Below are positions 38,691 through 52,016 of a stretch of DNA of 64,000 nt, piece after piece. Both the position numbers and the translations under genes were made by a program. The DNA lies in the NCBI GenBank assembly GCA_023920165.1, contig CP089274.1, forward strand, positions 3,906,001 through 3,970,000. Direction: 5' to 3'. This DNA comes from Curvularia clavata. Its lineage: Eukaryota. Within the stretch, counting starts at the first letter, position 1, and each line of letters opens with the position of its first letter. The notes beneath the pieces are model-generated. The model was not told the DNA's origin. It searched no databases and saw nothing but the letters and a program-made list of their open reading frames with translations.

Positions 38691-38889
38691 ACTTCAAAGT
38701 AGGTTGTGAAGGGCTATATAGGGTGTGGAAGCTCGCTGTTTAAGATTGCAGCTCTTGTTGTTAGGAATATTTTGAGGATCATAACAACCGGGAAAATCTC
38801 GGGCATTGGAGGTTGGTGCGGGGGCGGTGTAACGGGGCATATCGGCGTCACGGGAAGCTTGGCTCTCGTCAGCCCCACGAACACTCAAT

Positions 38890-39075
38890 TAGACTGGTAA
38901 ATCGGGTATTTAGCTAGGGCTATCGATTATCTTGGCCAATACTAGTCCAAATCAAGTAATTCTGACGTCATTAGAGAGCTAGCACTCTAGTCTAAATATT
39001 ACTAATATATTATTTTAGCTTAATACTAATAGTACTAGTGCTAGAGCTAAAAAAGGAGTAAAAATAGGGGTATAC
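38890..39075 (-). mobile_element. Half MITE (inverted copy of 51832-52016), cut by LTR insertion
   Basis: Near-identical reverse complement of the right half of 51626-52016. Confidence 0.9.
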
Positions 39076-39686
39076 TGTTACACGGGGCCCTACTAGTTAG
39101 TTAGGAATATACTTACCTAGCCTAGATTCTAGGTTAGGGCGAGGCCAGTTTCTACGAAGTATACCATAAGGTAGTTGTCTGGCGATTTAGTAGTAGGGAA
39201 TAATAAAAGATAGACAAAACTAATTCTATTAGAAGATAGAATAACTAAGTATTAATCTATATATAAAACAATTTACGAAAGAATACTTAATAAGTTAACT
39301 ATAATAAGTGTAATAATGAAATCTAATCTATTCTTATACCTATTACCTTTAGATCCTGTCCTCTCTAATATCCCTAGTATCTATTAATTATTAGGAGGTT
39401 TAGAAGGACCTTAACTTCCTTAGCCCTACTAGTATCCTTTCTTTAGCGGGAGGCTAGCACTTAGCGGGAGGCTGGTCACGTGATCGCCTGCGCCCCGCGC
39501 CGGATTACTTCCTTCTAACGTGGACGTGGTTAGCTCTTAACCTCGTTAACCCCGTCAAGGAGAGAATCCTTCTTGTTACTTGTAACATTATCTCTCCTTT
39601 TAGGCGTATCGTCCCGATACTCTAGATTATCGTTTCGCTATGCCGCGTTGCGTAGTTCCGGCTGTATATAAGGTCTAGCTATACCT

Positions 39687-42600
39687 TGTTACGAACCTGA
39701 CAGAGGGGAACAGCGCAAGATATGGAAAGAAAGAAGGATGAAGCCTATGTCGGGACCTCTTTGAAAGAGAACCATATTACCAGCCAATAACGCATAAGTA
39801 ATCATACGTCCCACATGCTTGGCGGAACGCCACCATAGGACATGTCACGTGTGTCCCACAGAATCCTATACAATCCCACAGTATCCCACGCATAGGATAA
39901 CGCGAAACACCATAGGATAGAATAGGATATAGGACACTCACTTAGTATATAGCAGTAGGCATCGAACCCTTATAGCTCAATATATTCAACTTAAGTTACG
40001 AGTATAGTACCTACAATACAATAGTTACTACAGAACCTTTATTCATAACACACTATTACTTCATCCGCAAAAACCAACCCAAGAAGATCTTGACACCAGA
40101 AGTCTTATATTACTTCCACTCAAGATCATACTCTTAATACTTTAAACACCCTCACGATGAGCGACATTACTATAAACACTCCCGACGCTTCCTAAACCAG
40201 AGGATCCACCACTCGTAGATACAAGCCCAACTTATACTATAGAGAACGTAAGAAGCTTAAAGCTTAGCTTCTCTAGGTCGACTAATACTTCTATCTTAAA
40301 AGAGACAAGATCGATGACACCAACAAGGTCATCATAGCCACCTCATACCTTCGCGGCGATACTAAGAAGTAGGCCAACCCTATCATTGAACGCTACATGG
40401 ATGACGCCATCCAGGATGCCAACAATACAGCCCTAGTCAAGGACTAGGACGCCTTCAAAACCAAAATGCGACAGAACTTCTCACCATTCAAAGAATCAGT
40501 CATTGCGGAACAAAAGATCCAGGAACTTCGCCAGACACAGTCTGCTACTAACTACACTACACTATTTCAGCAGTATGCTACGGTCGTAGAATAGGACAAC
40601 AATACCCTTATGCGTATATACAAGCAAGGTCTCAAACCCACTATACGCAGGGAACTCATGCGAAGCAGAGCCAGTATCAATACACTAGAGGAACTCATCG
40701 AAGAATCCATTCAACTAGACAACGAACTCTACGAACTCTCATTAGAAGAACGACTATTTAGCAAGGGAACGCGCAACCAGAGATACACAAACGAACGACC
40801 TAAGAAGCACAGCTATCAACATGCTCACCCAAACAAAGGTCGACAGCGAAACTACGCGCCCAGGACCCTAGGAGCCTATCATAGATACAGTGCGGAACCA
40901 ATGCACCTCAACAACATCAACAAAGGCAACGGGCCCAGCAAATTCAACAAGGAACCATCTAAGGGCAAGAAGAAGTTTAACTACTACGCCTATGGCAAAG
41001 AAGATCACATAGCACGAGACTATCGAAGTAAAGACACTAATAAGGTCAAACGACAACTCAACGTATTATATAGGAAATTAGAATTAGACGACGACGAGAG
41101 ATAGAACGTTATCACCCCAGCCAAGATCCAATATCACCCGGACGACGAGAGACTCATCAGCGGACTAAAGAATGTCACGCTCACCACGTCTAAGGACACT
41201 ACCAAAGCTAAACTAAACAGCGACGAAGGGTACGAAACACCCAGCGAGAAAAAAGAAACTCCTATGTATAAGACCAAATATAAGAAGATAGCCAAATTTA
41301 AAAAGAAACACTAACCGGCTACCCCGCGCCACGATAGCGCCTCACCAGAAATCCTATATATAAGGGATGATCCAAAATATATAGAACTATAGACTAATAT
41401 ACTACAACAACTCTTAAGTCAACCCTTTTACAGGTATAATTACAACGAGCCCAATATACTTCTTCATATGTATAAAGATATATAGAATCTTAGATTAGAC
41501 ATCGACTTCTTTTCCATTATGACCAATTAGAAGCTACCAGACTACACGCATATTACAGCCAATATCCAACAACTATAAGAAAACACGGAGTTCCCTGAAG
41601 ACAAGGAGAACTCCACAACGACACCTCAATGGGCCAAGAAGGCACAAGCTGACTGGACACGCGACAATTAGTACTAACTAAGTCCTTATTAATATCACGC
41701 AAACAACTATAAGCACGCGTGGATCCACTGGACAGGTTACACCCATAACTTCTGCCTAACACATTGGCAAGCTAAGCAAAGATCCGACTAGAACCCAACC
41801 AGTGTTCCCAGATACCCCAAATGCAGCTAGATATAGTTAGAGTATACCAATATAGAATGCGCGAGGCACCTATAGGATAAGCGCACCACGATACACTTCC
41901 CCGGAAGAGATAGCCCGAGAGAAGTAGTGGACATGCAAACCACTCGTGTCACTCAAAGCAAGAGCAACGTATAACAAGCATGCAACCAACCCTTATGGCA
42001 CACTTGTCTCTCAGATAAATGCGAGAAACACGAAGCAGAAAAACTCTACAACGGATTTATGAAGGAACTACAGACTTTTTTAGGCCAGCGCTACGAAGGC
42101 AGGGCCCCTCCAGGGAAATCAACTCAGTAAACTCCCTAAGATTAATTAAGCTCACAGTGAAGCTTAATGGAATACGGATGCAGGCATTAGTAGACTTAGG
42201 ATTATAGGCAAATTACGTTTCAGCGCACGCAGTGCAACAAGCCGGACTTAAAGTACAGCAGAAACAAGAGCCATACCCACTATATGTCGCCAGCGGCGAA
42301 CCAATGCCCAAAGGAAACAGAATCACAGACGAGGTCAGACAAGTAACACTCAGCATCCAAAAGCATAAGGAGGAAATAGACCTAGACGTCCTTGGACTAG
42401 CTATCCACAATATCATTTTAGGACTCCTATAGCTACGAGAACATAACCCGCGGATCGACTGGAAGTCGAAAGTGTTCAAATTCGAGTGCTGCAGACTAGA
42501 CGCAACCGCAAGCCAGCCTACGCATCAGCAGAGTTCGATAGTAGATGAGAGTAATATTGCCAAACAGTACAATAACACAGAGAAACGAGCGTACTCGAAA

Positions 42601-45600
42601 AGTAGTTCCTAGAGCAGGAAGCCAAACTCAGCAGATACCAAAACCAGGCCAGCGGACCACAAAGCTAGAAGAAAGGAGAAGGGCGCAACTCCGGAAATCC
42701 CTAAACAATACAGAGAATTCGAGCATCTATTTCAGGAAGTGGTAGACGAATAAGTGTTACCAAAGTATTAACCCTAGGACCATAAAATAGTCCTATAGGA
42801 AGGAAAACAACCGACTTTCAGCCTAATTTACCAACTATCAGAATAAGAACTTGCAGTACTACGAGAGTATATAGATAAGTCACTAGCGAAAGGCTACATA
42901 CGACTGTCGAAATCCCCAGCAGGATACCCTATTATATTCGTACCAAAGAAGGATGGAACAGATTGACTATGCGTCGACTATAGACAACTCAACAACATCA
43001 CGGTTAAGAATCAATACCCACTACCGAACATCAGAGAACTTAGGAATCGACTATCTCGAGTAGAAATCTTTATAGCATTAGATCTATAAGACGGATACCA
43101 CCTTATCAGAATTAAGAAAAGTGAAGAATAGAAAACGGCTTTCCGAACACGATATAGACACTACGAATATATAGTCATGCCATTTGGGCTAACGAACGCC
43201 CCAGCTATATTTCAAAAACTCATCAACAACGTACTTAGACCCTATCTAGATATATTCGTCATCACCTATCTAGATGACATCCTAATCTACTCTAAGGACG
43301 AAAAACAATATACTAAGCACGTTAGAAAGATGTTAAAAGCCCTAGACGAGTACAGTCTTCGACTCAAGCTAAAGAAGTGTAAATTTCACAAGACCAAGGT
43401 CAACTTCTTAGGCTACGTAGTAGGGACCAACGGAGTACAAATAAGCGAAGAAAAAATTGAAATTATTAAGAATTGGCCAACACTAAAGTCAGTCACGGAC
43501 ATTTAGTCATTTTTAGGATTTGCGAATTTCAACTAAAAATTTATCAAAGATTACTCGAAAATCGCAACACCAATAACACAGCTCACAAGAAAAGATACCC
43601 CATAGAATTAGAATAAAAAGGCAGATAACGCCTTTAAGACAATTAAGAAAGCATACACCACACTACTATACTTTAGGATATTCATTCTAGAAGTACCACT
43701 GAAATTTAAAACCGACGCATCAGACCTAGCCCTAGGAGGATGCGCCAGCATCTATATCGATAGCAAATGGCACCCGATAGCATACTACTCAAAGAAGCTC
43801 TCAGGACCAGAAGAACGATACGACGTACACGACAAAGAACTACTAGCTATAGTAGCCTGCATACAACACTAGAGAGTCTACGCACATAGCTGCTCAGAAC
43901 TCACTATATACACGGATCACAAGAATTTGACCCACTTCACCACCACCAAGGTTCTCAACCGTCGACAGACCTAGTAGGCTAAATTACTCGGGCAATATAA
44001 GTTCAAAATCGTATATACACTAGGAAAAGACAATAGTAGAGCAGACGCTCTTAGCAGAAGACCAGACATCACAGGAACCAAAACTATTGTAGACCGACCG
44101 ATACTCCAGATAAACAAAGATAGAATATTAAGTCCAGCATACGAGCTCAACCTGCTTATAACAATCAGGAACGATATATCCGAAGACCAGCAGAAAGTAA
44201 TTATTTAGCAATATCACGACGACCCTGTACACGGACATCCTGGGATCGCCAGGATAATAGAACTAATTCGAAGAAACTTCGAATTTAGCAAAATGAAAGA
44301 AAAGGTCGTAGCCTTCATCGCTAAATGCGAATACTGTTAGAAGAACAAGCACAGCACACACGCACCATACGGAGAAATGCAAGCACTAGAACTGCCAAGC
44401 ACCCCTTAGATAGACATCTCCATGGACTTCGTCACAGGATTACCACCATCAACAGACCCCGTCACTAGTGCAATCTATAACGCAATACTAGTTATTATTG
44501 ACAGATTTATAAAATACGCAGAATTCAGGAAATTTAGGAAAGACTACAACGTAGTTAAACTAGCGCATATTTTTCTAGACATTATTATTAGACAATATAG
44601 AATACCAAAATCAATTATCAGCGACAGAGACAAGCTCTTCATATCTAACTTCTGGACCACACTCCAAGCAGAAATGGGTACCAAGCGAAAGCTGTCCACA
44701 GCATACCACCCCAAAACTAATAGATAAACGGAAAGAACAAACTGTACGATAAAAACATACCTATGAATATACGCTAACCATTAGCAAAATAATTAGATAT
44801 AATTACTACCCATGGTATAATTAGCATACAACAACAAATTATCAGAATTAATAAAATAAACACCATTTTATACAAATCACGGAAGACACCCGAATCTCTT
44901 TACTAGAACGTTACCAAGTTTGAAAATAGAAGTAGCTATCGCTACGGCTAAAGAAATAAAGAAAATACATAAAGAACTACAAGAATTACTTAAGAAGGCT
45001 TAACGCTAAAGCATCTTATATATCAATTAGAAAAGAAAAATAGCACCTTAGCTAAAGAAGGGGGATAAAGTATATTTAATTACGAAGAACCTTCGCACGA
45101 CACGACTAAGCAAGGGATTAGATAATATTTATATCAGGCCATTTTTAATTAAAGCCTAGAACAGACTAGTTATCTACACACTCGATCTACTACCAGACGC
45201 AAAGATACACCCAAAATTTCACGTTAAGTTACTAAAACCCGCAGACCCTAAAACGCCATTATAAAAAATATTTCATTTCGAACTAGAGGAAGAAAACGAA
45301 TTCGAAGTCGAGAAAATCCTAGCGCACCAAACCACGCGCAGAGGAACCGAATACCTAGTCAAGTAGTTAGAATACGATCACAGCAAAAACACATAGAAGT
45401 AGGAAACAAACCTCACGAACTGCCTACGGAAATTAGACTAATATCACTATACAAAGCCTCCTCGTACCTAGAGTCGCCCTCTAAAAGAGAAGGTATAAAC
45501 GCACTCCAGTCTAAGGCCAATGTACTAAATATTAAGCCACCCTCTAACTGCTCCACCTCCCAGTTAATACTCTTAACAGCCTCTAAAGCCTCGATTTCCT

Positions 45601-46476
45601 CTATAAACTTTCCAGATTTATTAATCCACTATTACTCACAACGCTTAAGCATTTTCCTTTGTTTACAAAGACGATCCTTTTTCGCATAAGCAGCCACCAG
45701 CGATTACAATACTGCAGCCTCAGCCGCGTCTACCTCGGACTCTTATTGTTCCAAGCGCGCGAGCTCTTGGTCCAACTTTTCAAAGTTTAGAACCAGAACC
45801 TCCACCAGAACACACACCTTCACACCATTGCGATAGCAATTCCCACACTCCTTCTTCAACAACGACATTCGACACTCCAAATTCTTCTTCGCGCAGTATT
45901 AACAAGAAACTATCGCAAGATCGCCTATTCGATTAATTCGATCCCTAAGTGCGTAACGATGAGCGGTACTTCTAGAAACCATTATTAGTTTATAAGAATA
46001 TAAAGCCTAGAAGGGGAGGATAGTGTTACGAACCTAATAGAGGGGAACAGCGCAAGATATAGAAAGAAAGAAGGATAAAGCCCATGTCGGGACCTCTTTG
46101 AAAGAGAACCATGTTACCAGCCAATAACGCATAAGTAATCATACGTCCCACATGCTTGGCGGAACGCCACCATAGGACATGTCACGTGTGTCCCACAGAA
46201 TCCCATACAATCCCACAGTGTCCCACGCATGGGACAACGCGAAACACCATAGGATAGAATAGGACATAAGACACTCACTTAGTATATAGCAGTAGGCATC
46301 AAACCCTTATAGCTCGATATGTTCAACTTAAGTTACGAATACAGTACCTACAATATAATAGTTACTACCGAACCTTTGTTCATAACACACTATTGCTTCA
46401 TCCGCGAAAACCAACCCAAGAAGATCTTGACACCAGAAGTCTTATATTACTTCCACTCGAGATCATACTCTTAACA
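39687..46476 (+). mobile_element. Full-length family B chromovirus, RIPed
   Basis: 453-bp LTRs 39687-40139 and 46024-46476, TSD TACCT both sides, PPT AAGGGGAGGA; gag from 40157, PR, RT (MPFGLTNAPA, YLDDIL), RNaseH, IN, chromodomain. Confidence 0.97.
45413..45982 (-). pseudogene. Family B antisense Zn2Cys6/coiled-coil gene (RIPed)
   Basis: MVSRSTAHRYALRDRINRIG...SC*YCAKKNLECRMSLLKKECGNCYRNGVKVC...FEKLDQELARLEQ = CX2CX6CX8CX2CX7C plus coiled coil and acidic tail. Confidence 0.8.
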
Positions 46477-46521
46477 TACCTATGGTGTTGTAGCCGCTTC
46501 TTCCTCCATATCTTTCTAACT

Positions 46522-47190
46522 ATATCTAAGGTTCCGACTCCCCGCGTCCGTACTTAAACTTCGACTAAATAGCGCCAATTCCGTGCGGATCGCGTTTGTC
46601 GTTAAAGGAACGAGATAACGTTCTGTTGTAAGCGTTGTAAGTAGAAGAATCTTTGTTGTTTCGTAGATACTGTGTCTGGGTAGTATGCTAGTTGTATTGC
46701 TATAAAGGCTGAGTGTAGTTTATTTATAACTAAAGAAGAGTGGGAGAAGATAGAGGCTGAGAAGCATTAAAAGCGTATTAACATTACTCGCCTACAGTCC
46801 CAGCGCGCACAACTAGATGCGTAGTTGTCGCAGTAAGAGTTGGAACTTCTAGAGATTAAGGCGTAAGAGCGAGCATTCGCCGATTAAGATCATGCCATCT
46901 TGAGTCTTTAGGATCGGGCGAAAGAGAAGGCTAAGGAGAGCTCCGCTTCTAGTATAGATTTTCTAATAACTGAACTATCGCTACCTAGACCTTTAACTAA
47001 CCTAGGCTAGTTATAGGCTAATTACTTTTCTTCTTATAATCTTTTCTTGTCTCTTAATTATTTCCTTTCCCACAAGAATTCGATTCTCGCTTCTTTAGGT
47101 GTTTCCAATGGTACTTACGTACTAGTAACTTACAGTTTGTTAGGTTTCCTTCTAGTTTCTAAGTATTATAGCTATCTAGCTAGCCTTCCC
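46522..47190 (+). pseudogene. Family A-like antisense Zn2Cys6 gene (RIPed homologue of 236-904)
   Basis: SKVPTPRVR...FRADRV...CKRCK*KNLCCFVDTVSG*YASCIAIKAECSLFITKEEWEKIEAEK. Confidence 0.85.
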
Positions 47191-50100
47191 ACTTAACTAA
47201 GTACTTCCACTAACTGCTAAATTTCTGTAGGTTCTTAATTTCTTCGACCGTATATTTGTCGTCCTCGAGCTCGACGTCGTCTATTAGCTTAGCTTCTAGA
47301 GGTGCAGGTTCTAGCAGTTTTTTATAAAAAATGTTGTATATGCGCATACTTAGTAGTAGCCGTAGTTTATAGTTTACGGGTCCTATTTTCTCTAGAATTT
47401 CGAATAGTTCTAATCGGAGATTGTCTAGTTTCTTGCTTAGCCGTTTAGTTTTTAAATTTTGTCGTAACAAAAAAACTCTATCCTCTTTCTCAAAAGTTAG
47501 TCTTTTAATTCTTAGCTTATTCGCGGCTTTAGACGTCGTGAGATTCCTATAAGTAATATTTCTATTTAATTCTTTATACAGTTCGCGTATTAGTTAGGCC
47601 TTATCGTCTACTCCGACTGCAATACTTTTAATATCTTTTAGATCTTGATGAGCAACTAGCTTATATCTGTAGTTCGCGTAGTATAGCGAGTACTTTGTTG
47701 TCGCCGATCTTAAACTATTGTAGGCCAATTATACTATTAGCAAGAGTTTAATCTAATTATCTTATAGCTTATTAGCGTAAAATCGTAAATACTATTCTAG
47801 CATTTAATTTATTTATTCCGTTTGTCCATCAGTTTCTAGATAGAAGCTAGTCGATAGCTTCTTCTTAACTCCCAGTTTTACTAAGAACGTTGACTAGTAT
47901 TTTAATGTAAATAGCTTGTCTCTATCTATTATAAATTCTTTAGGCATTCTATGCTCTAATATTAGTACCTTAGAAACTTTATATGCGCATTCTTCTACCG
48001 TAATTATTTCTTCTATAGACACGAACTTTACTACTTTAGTCAATCGGTCTACGATTACTAGTACTATGTTGCAGAATCGAGCTGATTCTGGCTCTAACGA
48101 TTTTAGAAGCTTCACTATAAAGTCTATCATTATGCTGCTCTATAATCGTATTGGTGGTGGTAAGGGTTATAATAGGCCATAGGGCTTATATCTCTTAGGC
48201 TTGTTTCGATAACATACTATATAGTTGCCTACAATTTCCTATACCTGCGCTCTCAAGTGCGGTATATAAAACGCCTTATTTAATCGCCTGACTATTTTAT
48301 TGATGCTTGTATGTCCGTATTCCCGTGACTTATATAGCTCCTTAATAAGATTTTTTCTTATGTGCGTGGGTATATAGGGTCGATTCTCGTTTCGCGGCTT
48401 ACCTTTATTTTGTAGCCTGTTAAGTTCCTTTTACCCGTCTAATAGTACCTATTCGTTCGCTTTTTATTGCTATTGCTGTTGCAACGTTTCCACTTGCTCG
48501 GCTATCTTAGCTAATCTAGCTAGATCCAGCTGGTTATACCTCAAACTGCTGTTAGATATTCTCTTAAGTACTATATTATGCGGCTCTTTATAGCCTTTTT
48601 CTCGCAGATTAGATCTTCAGCTTAGGGCGTCTGTAGCTCTATTAAGCGATCCTACTTAATACGTAATTTTAAAGTTAAACTAAGCTAATATCTTAGTATA
48701 TCAGACTTATTTTTAGTTAAGTTTCTTTATTATTATAAAACTCGTTAGATTCTAATAATTAGAAAATATCTTAATTATATATAGGAGTCCTAGTAGGTAC
48801 ACTTCCTATTATTTAAAGGTATCGACTACTCTAAGTAGTTTCTTATCGTGAATATCGTAGTTCAACTCTGCTTCGTTAAACTTTCTAGAATAGTAGAATA
48901 CTAGTCTCTATTTCCTATCTAGACACTACTATAATAATATAGCTCCAAGTGCGTAATTAGACGCGTCAGTCTTGAGTCTAGTTGGTCGTTAAGGATTATA
49001 CATCTCTAGTATAGGTGCCTCTAGAAACGTTTATTTAAGCTTATTAAAAGCTTCCTATTATTCCTATTTCTATTTAAAATCTACTTCCTTCTTTATAATC
49101 TCTATAAGAGGTGCTATAATTTTTAAATAATCTTTTATAAATTTCTAGTAATAGTTTATAAGTTCTAGAAAGGACTAAACTTTCTTAACTATTTTAGGTA
49201 TTTTCTAATTCTATATAGTCTATACCTTCTTTAGATTTATTTTCACTCTTTTAGTTAAGATAATAAATCTAAAAAATTCTATTTCCTATATATAGAATTC
49301 GTATTTTCTTAGCTATAGATATAGCTTATATTCTTTAAGCTTTCTAAGTATTTTCTTAATATATTTAATATGTTCTTTAAGCATTCCTTTACAGTATACT
49401 AGTACATCGTCTAAGTAAGCTATCGCAAAGACACCAAGGTATTTATAGAGAGCGTTGTTGATAACTAATTGAAAGATTGCTGGCGCATTTGTTAGGCTAA
49501 ATAGTATAACTGTATACTCAAACAGTCTATATTTCGTTTTAAATACTGTTTTCTATTCATCTCTTTTCTTAATCCTAATCTAATAGAATCTTTCTTAGAT
49601 ATTAAACTTCGTAAACTACTTAGCTCTCTAGAGTCGATCTATAAGCTCTGTTATAAGTGGTAGTAGATACTAATTCTTTTAGATTACTGCGTTCAATCTT
49701 CAGTAGTTGATATATAGTTGCCACTTTCTATTAGATTTCTTTACGAATAGTATAGATAAGGCTATTAGGTCTAATTCTGGTCTAATGAATTCTTTCTTAA
49801 GATTTTTTTAGAGGTATTTCTTGAGCTCGGCATCGTATTTAGATGATATTAGATACATGCTTTTTAGCGTTAACTTTACTCTATTATTAAGGATAATCTT
49901 GTAATTCTAATTCTAATATTCTGCTAAGTCTATTATCTCGTTTTCTTCGAATAGTTTCTTAAACTTATTTATTCTATATTCTTTAGGAATGTCTAATAAT
50001 ACGTCTTTAGACTTTTTCTAGAGTAAGGGTCTATTCTTCTTAGATACGACTTGTTTTAACTAAATAACTTCTACTTGCTAAGAGTCCTTTGTATAGATTC

Positions 50101-51059
50101 TCGCAATCTTATATAGTGAGATTTTGCCGAATCTCCTATTCCAGATTGTACACTAATTTGTTGGGCGTATCTCGTGTCGTACTCTAGCAACCTTTTTCGC
50201 AAGTTCTTAGCCGAGTATTGTCTTCTTTCGCCAGTTGATGGCGGGGTTATAGGCATCTAGCTAGTTATAACTAATTAATATATCGGCATCTCTTAGATCT
50301 ATAATGCTAATATTTATATAGCTTTCTAAATCTACTATTTTCAATAGTACTGATTCAGTTTCGAGCCTAATCATGCCGTTTCTATATGCTACGGGGGTTT
50401 CCTCAGCTAATACTACTCGTATCGGAACCTTCCTATTTCGATATAGTATATTGTATTTTTCTACTACTTAGGGCGAAATTATTATTCGTCCTGCGCTACT
50501 ATCTATAAGCGCGGTTATCTTATAACTTTATACAGACACGGTTATTATAAATTCGTTATAACTATTAGTGTTCTATATCTTTCTAAGGGTCGTTTTAAGA
50601 CTATCTTTACTAGCGTGACCTTATCTCTAGTGGCATTCTAGTTTTTTATCGGTCCTCTGGACCCGAGCTTCTTTCCTTTTCTCTTCCGTAGAAAGTAGCT
50701 TTAGTTCTATTTTGCATCTAGATAAATCTTGCAACTATTATCTATGCAAAAGGTCTAGTATTCATTTAGGTGTGGAATCATTTCTTCTAGCGTCTCTAGT
50801 AGATTAATTTCCTTCGTCCCGTGTATCCTGCACTTGATCGTCCGGCATTCCTTAGCTGTAATCGTGCCGTGTAGATAGTGATCCGTATGTTTTACTGCGA
50901 TTCGCTATTCTTGGTGGAATTGGCATTTCTCTATATAGTTGATCCAGCAAAGCTGCTCGTAAGCTTGCTTATGTTCTTTCTTGTAGATATAGCAATCCAG
51001 CATTGGGCAGTTAATTGCCTATAGATACTTATAGTTAGAGTTATTTTCGTCTAACTTAC

Positions 51060-51505
51060 TATTACGAACCTAACAGAGGGGAACAGCGCAAGATATAGAA
51101 AGAAAGAAGAATGAAGTCTATGTCGGAACCTCTTTGAAAGAGAACCATATTACCAGCCAATAACGTATAAGTAATTATGCATCCTATAGGCTTGGCAGAA
51201 CGCTACTATAGAATATATTACGTGCGTCCCACAGATCCCACACAATCCTACAATATCCCACGCATAGGACGTATAGGACACTATAGGATATTATAGAATA
51301 TAGGATACTCCTTTAGTATATAGCAATAGACATCAAACCTTTATAGCTCAATATATTTAACTTAAGTTACGAGTATAAGTATAATATATAAGTTATTTGC
51401 AGAACCGTTTATAACACACTATTGCTTTATCCGCGAAAACTAACCTAAGAAGATCTTGACACCAGAAGTCTTATATTACTTCCACTCGAGATCATACTCT
51501 TAACA
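51060..51505 (+). repeat. Solo family B LTR without matching TSD
   Basis: Matches other B LTRs; flanks CTTAC / TGTAT differ. Confidence 0.92.
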
Positions 51506-51625
51506 TGTATCTATCAACTCTCTCCCCTAGCATATACTACTCACTTAAGTCTTTGATCAAGCTACCTCTGAGTCTACTACTAGTAGAACAAGTAGCTACC
51601 CCACACTTTGACATATAGTATATTA

Positions 51626-52016
51626 TAGACTGGTAAACGGGTATTGACCCACTTTTCTTCTTTCATCAATATCTCATCAAAGACTAGTCCAAATCGAGTA
51701 ATTCTGACGTCATTTTAATGCCCTAAGCTAGCGCATTCTATCATGTAGTATAAAGCTAAGCCGTATCTAGCTTAGTTTAAAAGTTATTTAATAGCCCGTT
51801 TGTGAGCCCTAGGGCTGGGTTATGAGTCGGGTATACCCCTATTTTTACTCCTTTTTTAGCTCTAGCACTAGTACTATTAGTGGTAAGCTAAAATAATATA
51901 TTAGTAATATTTAGACTAGAGTGCTAGCTCTCTAATGACGTCAGAATTACTTGATTTGGACTAGTATTGGCCAAGATAATCGATAGCCCTAGCTAAATAC
52001 CCGATTTACCAGTCTA
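51626..52016. mobile_element. ~390-bp MITE with TAGACTGGTAAA termini (hAT-like ends)
   Basis: TIR TAGACTGGTAAA(T)CGGGTATT and subterminal inverted ACTAGTCCAAATCRAGTAATTCTGACGTCATT; no TSD found. Confidence 0.8.

Larger units (their letters stand above)
39076..51059 (-). mobile_element. RIPed family A-like chromovirus (3' LTR 39076-39587; pol and part of gag at 47090-51059), interrupted by family B; 5' end deleted
   Basis: 47210-47470 ORF matches 4..1092 N-terminus; integrase 47894-48130; RT YLDDVL near 49410; AAAAAAC-TAG slippery site 50641-50647. Confidence 0.93.
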
